Shown one piece after another: positions 37,255 through 50,386 of a DNA stretch of 64,000 nucleotides. A program made the position numbers and the translations under genes. Under the pieces are notes generated by a model. That model was not told the DNA's origin and searched no databases. It was given only the letters and a program-made list of their open reading frames with translations. Within the stretch, counting starts at the first letter, position 1; the number at the start of each line of letters is the position of its first letter. Source of the DNA: Squalus acanthias (taxonomy: Eukaryota); contig CM059432.1 of the NCBI GenBank assembly GCA_030390025.1, forward strand, positions 14,200,001 through 14,264,000, in the 5' to 3' direction.

Positions 37255-38775
37255 AAAATCATAGAATCTTACAGCACAGAAGGAGGCCATTTGACCCATT
37301 GTGCCTGTGCCGGCTCTTTGAAAGAGGTATCCAATTTAGTCCCACAACTCAGCTTTCTCCCCATAACCTTGCAAATTAGTGCTCTTCAAGCATATGTCCA
37401 ATTGCCTTTTGAAAGTTACAATGGAATCTGATTCCACCACTCTTTCAGGTAGTGTGTTCCAGATCTTAACAATCCTCTGTGTGGAAAAAAAAATTCTCCT
37501 TATTTCCCCTCTAGTTCTTTTTGCCAATTATTTTAAATCTATGACCTCTGGTTACTGACTCACTTGCCAGCGGAAACAGTTGCTCCCTACTTGCTCTATG
37601 AAAACCCCTCATCATTTTGAACACCTCTATTAGATCTCTGCTTGACCTTCTGTGCGCTAAGGAGATCAATCCCAGCTTCTCTAATCTCATCACATAACTG
37701 AAGTCCCTCATCTTTGGTATTATCCTGCTAAACCTTCTCTGTACCCTCTCCAAGGCTTTGACATCCTTCCTAAAGTGTGGTGCCCAGAATTGTACACAAT
37801 ACTCCAGCTGAGGCCTAACCAGTGATTTGTAAAGGTTCAGCATGACCTCCTTGTTTTGTATTCAATGCCCCTATTTACAAAGCCAAATATCCCATACGCT
37901 TTCTTAACCACCTTATCAACTTGCCCTGCCACCTTCATCGATTTGGGAATATGCACCCCCCAGGTCCCTCTGCTCTTATACCCACCTCAAAATAGTACCA
38001 TTTAGATTATACTGCCTCGCCATGATGTTCCTCCCAAAGTGCATCACTTCACACTTATCCGCATTAAATTGCATCTGCCATGTGTCTGCCCATTTCACCA
38101 GTCTGTTTATGTCCCCCTGAAGTCTGCTACTGTCCTGTTCACTATTTACTACATTGCCAAGTTTTGTATCATCCGCAAATTTTGTAATTGTACTCCCTAC
38201 ACCCAAGTCCAGGTCATTTATGTATAACAAGAAAAGCACTGGTCCCAATGCTGACTCCTGAGGGACCCCACTGCATACTTCTCTCTAGTCAGAAAAAACA
38301 TCCATTCACCACTACTCTCTGCTTCCTATCCCTTAGCCAATTACTTACCCAAGTTATCACTGTCCCTTTAATACCATGTGCTTCTATTTTCCGAATAAGT
38401 TATGTACTTTATTTAATACCTTTGAAAGTCCATATATACAGCATCTACTGCACTACCTTCATCCACCCTCTCTGTTACTTCATCAAAGACCTCAATCCGG
38501 TTAGTCAGACACGATTTGCCTTTTAAAAATTTGTGCTGGCTGTCCCTTATTAACTCATGCTTCTCCAACTGAGAATTAATTTTCTCCTTGACACTGGCCT
38601 TTAGTAGTTTCCCCACCACTGACGTTAGACTGTCTGGCCTGCCCCTCTCCCCTTTTTTGAACAGTGGTGTAACATTTGCCATCCTCTAGTCCTCTGGCAC
38701 CATTCCCATATTCAAGGAGGATTGAAAGATTGTGGTCAGAGTTTCTGCTATCTCCACTCTAGCTTCCCTCAGCAT
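37255..38775 (-). mobile_element. CR1 LINE fragment
   Basis: [30 protein letters not shown]; tail. Confidence 0.93.
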
Positions 38776-39544
38776 ATAGTAATATTTCCATAAAGAAAGC
38801 CATACCTACTCCTACGAAAGCCTGACTGCAGGTGGCGGGTCTAAGAATATTCCGGTGGCCTGACCCTGAGAGATACAGTCAGAAGAAAGTGCAGGTAGTC
38901 ACAGAGATGCAAAAAATTTTTTAAAAGGAATTACAAGTTGCAAAAATCAATATTTAAATTCTCCAGACTCTTGAAGCTCACCAACTCCTCACTTCCACCC
39001 TGATCGGGTGATCCTGGCAGCGGAAGGATCTCATATATCTCAGTCTAAGCTGCCCAGCAGTGTAAACCCAGGCAACTTGCACAGCTACGCCATGGGCTCT
39101 CACCCTGACGTATGCTAATGAGACCAAGGGGGACTCAGGAGGCGGATCACGGAAGGTTCAACAAGCGCGAGGTACCTCGAAAGAAGCGCTTTAAAGGCAC
39201 ACAATGGGAAGAAATTACTTCCACCCAATTTTCCTGGCTCAGAAAATTTTCCACTCCATTTTCTACACTGTTAATGCGCTGACTTTGAAGTCTGAACAGC
39301 GATTCCATAGAAACGCACTGATAGACCTGTGATAACTCTGTGATTGGGAACCACTCAATTCAAAGCAGGTCAATAAATTTCTGTTTGGGCAAGGACTAAC
39401 TCTCTTTAATCCAACCAACCATTTACTTAAAGTAACAGGGAAGATTAAAATTAATCTTAAGAATTCCTCAACAAACACAAATACCAAGACGCGTTGTAAA
39501 TATTCAATAGTCTGCAGTGACCTTGGTGAGTACTGGGAATATTT

Positions 39545-39828
39545 TTTTTATTTGTTCATGGGATGTGGGCGTCGCTGGCAAGGCCAGCATTTATTGCCTA
39601 TCCCTAATTGCCCTTGAGAAGGTGGTGGTGAGCTGCCTTCTTGAACCGCTGCAGTCCGTGTGGTGAAGGTACTCCCACAGTGCTGTTAGGGAGGGAGTTC
39701 CAGGATTTTAACTCAGTGATGATGAAGAATCGGCAATATAGTTCCAAGTCAGGATGGTGTGTGACTTGGAGGGGAACTTGGAGGTGGTGGTGTTCCCATG
39801 CGCCTGCTGCCCTTGTCCTTATTGGTGC
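39545..39828 (-). mobile_element. LINE family B 3' end
   Basis: Matches 28215-28490. Confidence 0.85.
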
Positions 39829-39855
39829 TTAGTTATTCCACAGGGCTAGAACTTG

Positions 39856-40852
39856 TACATAAGAACATAAGAACATAAGAAATAGGAGCAGGAGTAGGCC
39901 ATTCGGCCCCTCAAGCCTGCTTCGCCATTCAATAAGATCATGGCTGATCTTCTACCTCAACTCCACTTTCCTGCACTATCCCCTTATCCCTTGATTCCCT
40001 TAATATCCAAAAATCTATCATTCTCTGTCTTGAATATACTCAATGACTGAGCCTCCACAGCCCTCTGGGGTAGAGAATTCCAAAGATTCACCACCCTCTG
40101 AGTGAAGAAATTTCTCATCATCTCAGTCCTAAATGGCCGACCACTTATTCTGAGACTGTGACCCCTGGTTCTAGACTCCCCAGCCAGGGGTAACATCCTC
40201 CCTGCATCTACCCTGTCAAGCCCTGTAAGAATTTTGTATGTTTCAATGAGATCACCCCTCATTCTTCTAAACTCTAGAGAATATAGGCCTAGTCTACTCA
40301 ATCTCTCCTCATAGGACAATCCCCCCATCCCAGGAAACAGTCTGGTGAACTTTCGTTGCACTCCCTCTATGACAAGTATATCCTTCCTTAGGTAAGGAGA
40401 CCAAAACTGTACACAATACTCCAGGTGTGGTCTCACCAGGGCCCTATATAATTGCAGTAAGACATCTTTACTCTTATACTCAAATCCTCTTGTAATAAAG
40501 GCCAACATACCATTTGCTTTCCTAATTGCTTGCTGTACCTGCATGTTAACGTTCAGTGATTCGTGTACAAGGACACCCAGGTCCCTCTGAACACCAACAT
40601 TTCCCAATCTCTCACCATTTAAAAAATACTCTGCTTTTCTATTTCTCCAACCAAAGTGGATAACTTCACATTTCTCCACATTATATTCCATTTGCCATGT
40701 TCTTGCCCACTCACTTAGCTTGTCTATATCCTTGAAGCCTCTTTGTATCAGCCTCACAACTTACATTCCCACCCAGCTTGTAACATCAGCAGACTTGGAT
40801 ATATTACATTTGGGCCCCTCATCCAAATCATTGAAATCATTGATATAGATTG
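39856..40852 (-). mobile_element. CR1 LINE fragment
   Basis: 257-aa ORF 39984..40757; (TTCTTATG)n tail. Confidence 0.93.
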
Positions 40853-41143
40853 TATAGGTAGTTCAGTCACGTAGAGAGCAGTATCATTAGAAAGGCTCTA
40901 GTACCGCAAAGATCCATCATTCAACTAAATAAGCATTTTAAAAAGTGATAATTGGTACATTTAAACAATCACTTAATGGTCAAAGAAAGAAAGACTTGCA
41001 TTTATATAGCGCCTTTCATGATCTTAGGATGTCCCAAAGCACTTTACAGTGAATGAATACATTTGAAGTGTAGTCACTGTTGTAGTGTAGGAAACTCGGC
41101 AGCCAATTGCACACAGCAAGCTCCCACAAACAGCAATGTGATA

Positions 41144-42137
41144 AGAGCAGAAGAAATAGGAGCAGGAATAGGCCATTCGGCCCTTCGAGCCTGCTCCGCC
41201 ATTCAATGAGATCATGGCTGATCTTCTGCCTCAACTCCGTTCACCGGCCCTATCGTCATATCCCTTGATGCCCTTACTAGTCAGAAATCTATCGACTTCT
41301 GTTTTATATATACCCAATGACTGAGCCTCCACAGCCTTCTGGGGTAGAGAATTCCAAAGATCCACCACCCTCTGTGTGAAGAAATTTCTTCTCATCTCAG
41401 TCCTGAATGGCGTACCCTTTATCCTGAGACTGTGGCCCCTGGTTCTAGACTCCCCAGCCAAGGAAAACATTCTCCCAGCATCCACCCTATCAAGCCCTGT
41501 AATAATTTTGTATGCTTCAATGAGATCCCCTCTCACTCTTCTGAATTCAAGAGAATACAGGCCTAGTTTACTCAATCTCTTCTCATACGACAGTCCCGCC
41601 ATCCCAGGAATCAATCTCGTGAACCTTCGTTGCACTCCCTCTATGGCAAGTATATCCTTCCTTAGGTAAGGAGACCAAAATTGTACACAGTACTCCAGGT
41701 GTGGTCTCACCAAGGCCCTATATAATTGGAGTAAGACTTCTTTACTCCTGTACTCAAATCCTCTTGTAATGAAGGCCAGCATACCATTTGCCTTCCTAAT
41801 GGCTTGCTGCACCTGCACATTCACTTTCAGTGACTCATGTACAAGGACACCCAGGTCCCTTTGAGCATCTGCATTCCCCAATCTTTCACCAGTTAGGAAA
41901 TACTCTGCCTTTCTGTTTTTTCTACCAAAGTGGATAACTTCACATTTATCCACATTATATTCCATCTGCCATGTTCTCGCCCACTCACTGAGCCTGTCGA
42001 GATCCCCTTGAAGCCTCTCACATCCTCTTCACAACTGACACTGCCACCTAGCTTTGTATCATCAGCAAATTTGGAAATGTTACATTTAGTCCCCTCATCC
42101 AAATCATTGATATAGATTGTGAATAGCTGGGGCCCAA
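41144..42137 (-). mobile_element. CR1 LINE fragment
   Basis: 244-aa ORF 41231..41965; [10 protein letters not shown]. Confidence 0.93.
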
Positions 42138-42153
42138 ATAATCTGTTTTTGTT

Positions 42154-42799
42154 CCTCTACATTTAGAGACCAAACGCAGATTAGGTGACCACTTTGCGGA
42201 ACACCTCCGTTCAGTACGTAAGCGTGACCCTGAGCTTACAGTCGCCTATTACTTTAATTCTCTGCTCCACTCCCACTCTGACCTCTCCATCCTCGGCCTC
42301 TTACACTGTTCCAATGAAGCTTAGCGTAAGCTCGAGGAACAGCATCTCATCTTTCGATTAGGCACTTTACAGCCTCTGGACTCAACATCGAGTTCAACAA
42401 TTTCAGACCATAACCTCTGCGCATATTTCTTTTCACATGGCAGCTGTTAATGATTCTCCATTTACACCTCATCTAAACTCATCTTTTGTTTCTTAACTTG
42501 CCCCATTACCATCTCCTTTTGCCTCGCACCATCATCCCTTTTTTCTGTTAATCACTCCTGCCTTCCACCCTATCACAGATCTTCCCTTTTGTTCTTTCCT
42601 CCCCTCATCCCTTTCCCTGCCCCTGCACTTACTTAAAAATCTGTTACATCTCTAACGTTTTCCAGTTCTGACGATGGGTCATTAACCTGAAACGTTAACT
42701 CTGTTTCTCTCTCCACAGATGCTGCCTGACCTGCTGATGATTTCCAGCATTTTCTGTTTTCATTTCAGATTTCCAGCATCCGCAGTATTTTGCTTTTGT
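42154..42799 (+). mobile_element. Penelope-like element 3' fragment (GIY-YIG endonuclease end plus terminal repeat)
   Basis: LYI/fs/ETKRRLGDHFAEH..RKLEEQHLIFRLGTLQP; 13-bp TSD ATCTGTTTTTGTT (42141-42153, 42800-42812). Confidence 0.88.
42664..42700 (+). ncRNA. Minimal type I hammerhead ribozyme (family 1)
   Basis: AGTT-CTGACGA-T-GGGT-catta-ACCT-GAAA-CG-TT-AACT. Confidence 0.7.
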
Positions 42800-43174
42800 A
42801 TCTGTTTTTGTTTTCTTGATTGAGGGAGAAATATTGGCCAGGGCACCAGGAATAACTCCCCTGCTCTTCTTCGAAATAATGCCACGGGATCTTTTACGTC
42901 CACCTGAGAGAGCAGACGGGGCCTCGGTTTAAAGTCTCATCCAAAAGATGGCACCTCTGACAGTGCAGCACTCCCTCAGTGTCAGCCAAGTTTTTTGTGC
43001 TCAAGACTCTGGAGTGGGACTTGAACCCACAACCTTCTGACTCAGAGACTAGAGTGCTACCCACTGTGCCACAGCTGACACTGTTCAGTAACTGTTCAGA
43101 GCGTTACGAAAGTTATTAAAAGATGTGATCAAATATAAGAGGGAACATAGAATTACTACAATATACTGAGCCAT

Positions 43175-44039
43175 GGGGGAGAAATTCGGTATCGCCCCGT
43201 TTGGGGCGCAATTATCGGCCGGGCGCAAAGTTTAGCGCCTGCCGCTAATTATCGCCTCTAACTGCAAACTTGGCTTCTATCGCCCCAGGAAGTGATTGGA
43301 GCGCTAAATCAGGTGCTACACACCTCTCTTAAGGCACTAACGCCGAGGAGCGAGGTGCTACCTCAGAGCGCTGGCGAAGCTCATGTGATGTAAGTCAGCA
43401 ATGGCGCCGGACAGTTCTTATAGGGGAGGGTCGATCTTGCTCTGCATCCACACCCTGCTCATTGCAGCCTTGAATCTCGGCTTGGAGAGACCTGTACATC
43501 AAATCTGCTGGAAAGTACAATGGAGAGGCCCAGAGAAAGAGCTCAGAGTGCAGCCCCCACAGTCTCTTCTAAATCGATGCAAGGAAGGTCAAATCAAAAT
43601 GAACCTGCAAAGTGCTGCTCAGTACCCAAAACTCCTTCACACAGCGTTGAATCTCTCCAGAAGTCTCTCTTTCTCTCTCAGAATGCATGGTGCAAAAATG
43701 TCGCTGACAAAAAAAGGCAGGAAGCGGTCGCCTTTAAATAGCGCTCCCCCAGTCCCTTCCCGACTGCAAAACGCTCCCCTCAACCTGTTGTTACTAGCGG
43801 CAGGTGGTAAGGCAGGGGGCGCCACTCAATATCCGGTCCGGGGCGCTACCGGGACGTTGCACGCTCGACTGATGTCACGATCTGCGGGCGCAGGAGATCA
43901 TGGCGGTAGTGTTTAGCACCACCGCAAAATGTCTGGTCAATTTCGCGAGCGGCGCAAACATCGCCACCCCCGGGCTCTAGTTGCTTTGCGCCCCATTAGG
44001 GCGCTAACGGGAGGCGCAAAGCAACCGAATTTTACCCCC
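43175..44039 (+). mobile_element. Non-autonomous Harbinger element, copy 2
   Basis: TIR GGGGGAGAAATTCGGT / ACCGAATTTTACCCCC; TSD CAT. Confidence 0.9.
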
Positions 44040-44171
44040 CATAGGTTTAACCACTAGTCTGGGACTGGGTTCGCTGATCTCTGTTTAGGGAGCTGCAGGC
44101 ATTCCACAATTGTGTTGCACTGGACTGGGGGAGGAAGGTGCTAACTCTTGCTGGGGTGTGGTTTTGGAGAT

Positions 44172-44740
44172 GCCAGCATCTGGAGTACTGTGTACAGTAT
44201 TGGTCTCCTTATTTAAGGAAGGATGTAAATGCATTGGAAGCAGTTCAGGGAAGGTTTACTAGACTAATAACTGGAATGGGCGTGTTGTCTTATGAGGAAA
44301 GGTTGGACAGGCTAGGCTTGTATCTGCTGGAGTTTAGAAGAGTAAGAGGTGACTTGATTGAAACATATAAGATCCTGAGGGGTCTGGACAGGGTGGATGT
44401 GGAGAGGATGTTTCCTCTTGTGGGAGAATCTAGAACTAGGGGTCACTGTTTAAAATAAAGGGTCGCCCATTTAAGACAGATGAGGAGTAATTTTTTCTCA
44501 CAGAGGGTCGTGAGTCTTTGGAACTCTCTTCCTCAGAGGGCGGTGGAAGCAGAGTCTTTGAATATTTTTACGGCAGAGGTAGATAGATTCTTGGTAAGCA
44601 AGGGGGTGAAAAGTTATCGGGGGTAGGCGGGAATGTGGAGCAATCTGGTCAGCCATGATCTTATTGAATGGCGGAGCAGGCTCGAGGGGCTGAGTGACCC
44701 ACTCCTGCTCCTAGTTCGTATGTTCGTATGTTCATACGTA
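44172..44740 (+). mobile_element. CR1 LINE 3' fragment
   Basis: HLEYCVQYWSPYLRKD; (TTCGTATG)n tail. Confidence 0.9.
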
Positions 44741-45051
44741 CGTAAAGTCAGAATTACCCCTACGCTCTTTCCCAAAGGACTAACTTGATAGCAACCAGGA
44801 ATGGGAACCTTGACTAATCTTCCCCTCCGTGGGCACTGAGCACAACTGCAATACCCCAAGTAATGCTCCAGCTGAGAGGAGCTAACTCAGTCAGACTGGG
44901 AATTGAATCTGGGACCTTTGAGTTTGAACAACAACAACAACAACAACAACTTGTATTTATATAGCACCTTAGTAAAACGTCCCAAGGCGCTGCACAGGAT
45001 AATTTTAAGACAAAAAAAATTTGACACCGATCCACATAAGGATAAATTAGG

Positions 45052-46130
45052 GCAGCTGGAGTCATACCGAGCACAAAGGAAGATGGTTGTGGTGATTGAA
45101 GGTCAATCATCACAGCCCCAGGACATCGCTGCAGGAGTTCCTCAGGGCAGTGTCCTAGACCCAACCATCTTCAGCTGCTTCATCAATGACCTTCTCTCCA
45201 ACATAAGGTCAGAAATGGGGATGTTCGCTGATGACTGCACAATGTTCAGCGTCATTCACAACTCCTCATATAATGAAGCAGTCCATGCCCACATGCAACA
45301 AGACCTGGACGACGTTCAGGCTTGGGCTGATAAGTGGCAGGTAACATTCACGCCACAGAAGTGCCAGGCAATGACTATCTCCAACAAGCGAGAGTCTAAC
45401 CACCTCCCCTTGACATTCAACAGTATTACCATCTCCGAATGCCCCACCATTACCATCCCAGGGGTCAGCATTGAGCAGAAACTTAACTGGACCGGCCACA
45501 TAAATACTGTGGCAACAAGAGCAGGTCAGAGGCTGGGTATTCTGCAGTGAGTATATCACCTCCTGACTCCCCAAAGCCTTTCCACCATCAACAAGGCACA
45601 AATAAGGAGTGTGATGGAATACTCTCCACTTGCCTGGATGAGTGCAGCTCCAATAACAGTCAAGAAGCGCGACACCATCCAGGACAAAGCAGCCCACTTG
45701 ATTGGCACCCCATCCACCATCTTAAACATTCACTCCCTCCACCACCGGCGTACCGTGGCTGCAGTGTGTACCATCTACAAGATGCACTGCAGCAATTCGC
45801 CAAGGCTTCTTCAGCAGCACCTCCCAAACCCACGACCTCTACCACCTAGAAGGACAAGGGCAGCAGGCGCATGGGAACACCACCACCACCTGCAAGTTCC
45901 CCTCCAAGTCACACACCATCCTGACTTAGAAATATATCGCCGTTCCTGCATCGTCGCTGGGTCAAAATCCTGGAACTCCCTACCCAACAGCACTGTGGGA
46001 GAACCTTCACCACACGGACTGCAGCGGTTCAAGAAGGTGGCTCACCACCACCATCTCAAGGGCAATTAGGGATGGGCAATAAATGCTGGCCCTGCCAGCG
46101 ATGCCCACATCCCATAAACGAATGTTAAAA
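45052..46130 (+). mobile_element. LINE family B fragment with RT motifs
   Basis: GVPQGSVLDPTIFSCFINDL..MFADD; same 3' end as 13191-14049. Confidence 0.9.
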
Positions 46131-47694
46131 AATGGAGGTGGACTGGCTGTGCCTGTCATTATGCCACCAACTTTATCTACTGTAGCCCTGACAATGATGG
46201 AGGAGAACTGCCACCACAGGCTCTGGTTCAGCTGGGAGGCAGGTACAGAGCTGGGGGACAGCACTGCCAGTGATCTCAGAGAGTTTTCAATCCACAGATG
46301 TTATTGTACAGGTAACTGCTGTGCTGTTTGGTAGAGCCAACACTGGCATCTCCTTTCTCACTAAACTGCAGCAATAATAACAAAGAAAAACTGAAAATAC
46401 TGGGTGGGTGAATTTGGTCTTGGGCAGTTGCGCAAACAGCGAATCGACAGCCCGTTTTACACCCCACCTGATTTTCTAATCCATTGACAAGAACAGTGGC
46501 AATCGGACTTTTCACCCTTCTTTGCCAGCTTTTATCCTCACACAGTCAATAATGGTACAGCTGTTCATATACACAAGTCTGCTTGTATGCAATTTAATAG
46601 TGTCCTTCAATTTAGGACATTTTACAGGACTCCGCTGCAATTGCATTTCACCCTTGCTGCAAGGTTGTCCGACCATAACATATATGGCTAATTGTTTTTG
46701 GCATGTCCCCATGAACCACAGCGCGGTTTCAAAGCATTTAATAAATGCTCAATTGTCCGTTCTCTTATGTAAGAATTCTTTCTTCTTTTTGGCTGGTTTT
46801 AAGTCCATGCATTTATTTCATCTTCAGCTGCTCTCTGACTGATGGCTTGAGGGACTCATGATCAGTTTCCGTCGTGTTGTAGTTGATTAATTTTCTTTTG
46901 GCAATTCTGCACAATGGACACACTTCAAAACTGATTGTTTTTAGGTACTGGGCTACTTTATGGCTCCATAGGATTTCACTTCATTCCTCAAAAGTGGTAA
47001 AGCATCCCAGCAGACCTTGTTTAAAGTTTAAAATATGAAGCAAGTTTATTGAGCACGCAATCAGCAAGCGAAGAATCCAACTGTGATGTAATTCTATATT
47101 TACAGTAGAATATCTTTTAACAAACTCCTCCAGCAGACAATATAATAAAAGATTGCAGGGCCAACAATCCACAGGGCTGACGTCCTTGTGTAAGTGCCAG
47201 GATGTGCAAACCAATGGCCAATGCTGGTTACCCTGCCAAAGTATGTGGGGGAGGACCCCATATTTCAAAAATTCCCGAGGCGCCCGCACCACTAGGGGTG
47301 CCTGCAGGATGGAAAGGCCACACAATGCAGTGGAGGCTAGCCATTCTGGCAGGGGAAGCCAGGGTCACCCCTTGGGAACATGTCATATGAGGCCCATTGG
47401 CTCACTTTGTAAGGAGGCTGACAAAAACTCTCACTTCCGTTCATCTCCCCTCACTCAGCGTAATGGTCAGGCATTTTGACCACACGGCCAGCGGCAGTGA
47501 ATGCCACCACTACCCTCAGATTAAAACCACATATGTGGGCTATTTTATTCCTCAGAGCAGAGAAGGCTCAGAGGAGATTTGATAAAATCATGAAGGGTTT
47601 AGATAGAGTAAATAAAGAGAAACTGTTTCTAATGCTTGAAGGCTCAATAACCAGAGGGCACAGATTTAAGGTGATTGGCAAAAGAACATGAGCC

Positions 47695-49243
47695 ATAGAG
47701 TCATAACGGCACAGAAGGGGGCCATTTGGCCCACTGAGTCCGTGCCGGCTCTCTGTAGAGCAATCCAGTCAGTCCCATTCCCCCGCTCTATCCCCGTAGC
47801 CCTGCAAGTTTATTTCCCTCAAGTGCCTATCCAGTCTCCCCTTGAAAACACTGAGTGTCTCCGCTTCCACCACTTCCGTCGGCAGCGAATTCCAGGTCCT
47901 CACCACTCGCTGTGTAAAAAAGTTTTTCCTCACTTTCCCCCTGTATCTCTTGCCCAAAACCTTAAATCTGTGTCCCCTAGTCCTTGTACCATCAATTAGT
48001 GGGAACAGCCTTTCCCCGTCTAGCCTACCCAAATCCGTCATAATCTTGTACACCTCTATCAAATCACCTCTCAACCACCTTTGCTCTAATGAAAACAAAT
48101 CCAGCTTCTCCAACCTGTCCTTGTAGCTAAGATCCCCCATCCCCGGAACTATTCTGGTAAATCTCCTCTGCACCCTCTCAAGGGCCTTCATATCCTTCCT
48201 AAAGTGTGGTGACCAGAACTGGACGCAATACTCCAGTTGTGGCCTAACCAGTGCTTTATAAAGATTCAGCATAACTTCTCTACTTTAGTACTCAATACCT
48301 CTATTTATGAAGCCCAAGATCCCATATGCTTTGCTAACCACTCTCTGAATATGTCCTGTCACTTTCAGGGACCTTTGCACATTAACTCCCAGGTCCCTCT
48401 GTCCCTGCACACTCTTTAAAACTGTGCCATTAAGTGTATATTGCCTCTCCCTGTTCCTTCTGCCAAAATGCATCACCTCACACTTCTCTGTATTAAATTC
48501 CATCTGCCACTTGTCTGCCCATTCTGCTAGCCTTTCTATGTCCTGTTGCAGTCGATTGGTATCATCCTCACTGTTTGCCACACCCCCAAGTTTGGTGTCA
48601 TTGGCAAATTTAGAAATTCTACTCTGTATTCCAATATCCAGGTCATTTATATATATATATCAAAAAAAGCAGTGGCCCCAGCACTGACCCTTGGAGAACA
48701 CCACTGTCTACCATCCCCCAGTCTGAAAAATAGCCATTTACCACAACTCGCTGTTTTCTGTCCTTAAGCCAATTCCTTATCCAAGCTGCCACTGACCCAC
48801 CTATTCCATGAGCCTCAATTTTGTTAACCAGCCTTCTCTGCGGTACTTTGTCAAACGCCTTCCGAAAATCCACGTAGACAACATCCATTGCATTCCCTTC
48901 ATCAATCCTCCTGTTACTTCATAAAAAAATTCAATTAGATTAGTCAAACACGATCTTCCTTTTACAAATCCATGTTGGCTCTCCTTAATTAGCTTAAACC
49001 TCTCCAAGTGCCCATTAATTTTTTCCTTGATTATTGTTTCTAAAACTTTACCCTCCACTGATGTTAAACTGACCAGCCTATAGTTACTAGGATTGTCCTT
49101 ACACCCTTTCTTGAACAATGGTGTCACATTTGCCACTTTCCAATCCTCAGGCACCTCTTTAGGGAAGATTGGAAAATTATGGCAAGCCCTTCTGCTATCT
49201 CCTCCCCCAATTCCCTTAGCAACCTGGGATGCAAGTCATCTGG
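47695..49243 (-). mobile_element. CR1 LINE fragment inserted in an older + strand CR1 (47550-47690, 49245-49431, 57977-58036)
   Basis: ORFs 47769..48272, 48285..48581, 48643..48888 and 48801..49154. Confidence 0.92.
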
Positions 49244-49431
49244 AAAAAAACTTTTTTACGTAACGAGTGGTTAGGATTTGGAATGGACTGCCTGATAGAA
49301 TGGTGGATACAGATTCAATAGTAGCCTTCAAAAGGGAATTGGATGAACACTTGAAGGAGAAAAAATTACAGGGATATGGGGAAAGAGTGGGGGAGTGGGA
49401 CTAACTGGATTGCTCTTCGAAACAGCCGGCG

Positions 49432-50229
49432 TGTAGGATAGAGTGTACCTGTAGGATTTAGTAAACATTATTAAGATTCTATAACCATTTTTATATAACT
49501 ATAATATGTGAAATTGTATGTTAAAAACCTAAAAGGTCTGTATAAAATGGCGAATGGCTGATACCAAAGCAGGATGGGATATTATGCCAACCTGACTAAA
49601 AACCTCTGTTTTAAATTACTGAAGTAATGGAATGTGCTGCATAAACACGGAGACTGTCGGGGACATGATATTCGGTAATGTTATGGAAAAGAGATAAGAG
49701 CTAGAGAAGAGAGATAGGGATTGGAGACATCCTTCAATTAGGAAGCTTCAGAATAGACAAACTGTTTAGAAAACACCTCAAGAATGTTCTGTAAAGTGAA
49801 ATTCTTAGACAAGGGTATCTTGTTATGCACAGAAAGAGACCTAGTGGGATTAATAAGGTCATAAGATGACTGACAAGGAAAGGAGGGACATGTACCAGGT
49901 GTCAGAGAGCTAATTACTGCCATGTAGGCAAAACGGGAGGAAAAGGGTATAAAAATGCAGATATTGAACACTGAAGGCAGCGTGAAACCAGAGGATGAGA
50001 AGCTTCAGTCAACAGAACACAGCAAGAGAATAAAGAGACCGCGCCACAGTCACTCAGAAGGAACGCCGGGGTTCGATGATCAGACTGCGACTATCTTCTT
50101 GTTAAGTATTACTTCTTTGTACTGGATGTTTGATGCTTAATAAACCTGTTTTACTGATACACAATATACCTGTCCCCAGAGTGGTTTATGTAGACACGGA
50201 CAAATTATAAAGAGCTTTAAAAAGCTACA
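49432..50229 (+). repeat. 5' LTR
   Basis: TGTAGG..GCTACA; TATAAAA at 49948-49954; AATAAA at 50139-50144; direct repeat of 57176-57976. Confidence 0.95.
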
Positions 50230-50231
50230 GT

Positions 50232-50249
50232 TGGCGCCCAACATGGGGC
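50232..50249 (+). promoter_or_regulatory. Primer binding site, tRNA-Lys(1,2)-type
   Basis: TGGCGCCCAACATGGGGC, 2 nt after the LTR; 17/18 match to TGGCGCCCAACGTGGGGC. Confidence 0.9.
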
Positions 50250-50386
50250 TGTGACTATTAACTGAAACCAGGTTCATTGTGCACAAGGCAGGCGCTTGAT
50301 TTTTGCTTGGATTTTCGTCTGATCAACGGAAGTCCTTGTGGAAGTTAGGTTACCTAACAGATAGTGTCTCTTTAACGTACAGCAGA

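Larger units (their letters stand above)
40984..43082 (-). mobile_element. Full-length Deu tRNA SINE split by CR1 and Penelope-like insertions
   Basis: Head A-box TGGCACAGTGG and B-box GTTCAAGTCC at about 43015-43075; body 42813-43010; tail 40984-41143. Confidence 0.8.

Noticed and set aside
43010..43082. tRNA-like A and B boxes
   Set aside because: Head of a SINE continuing into the Deu core, not a tRNA gene
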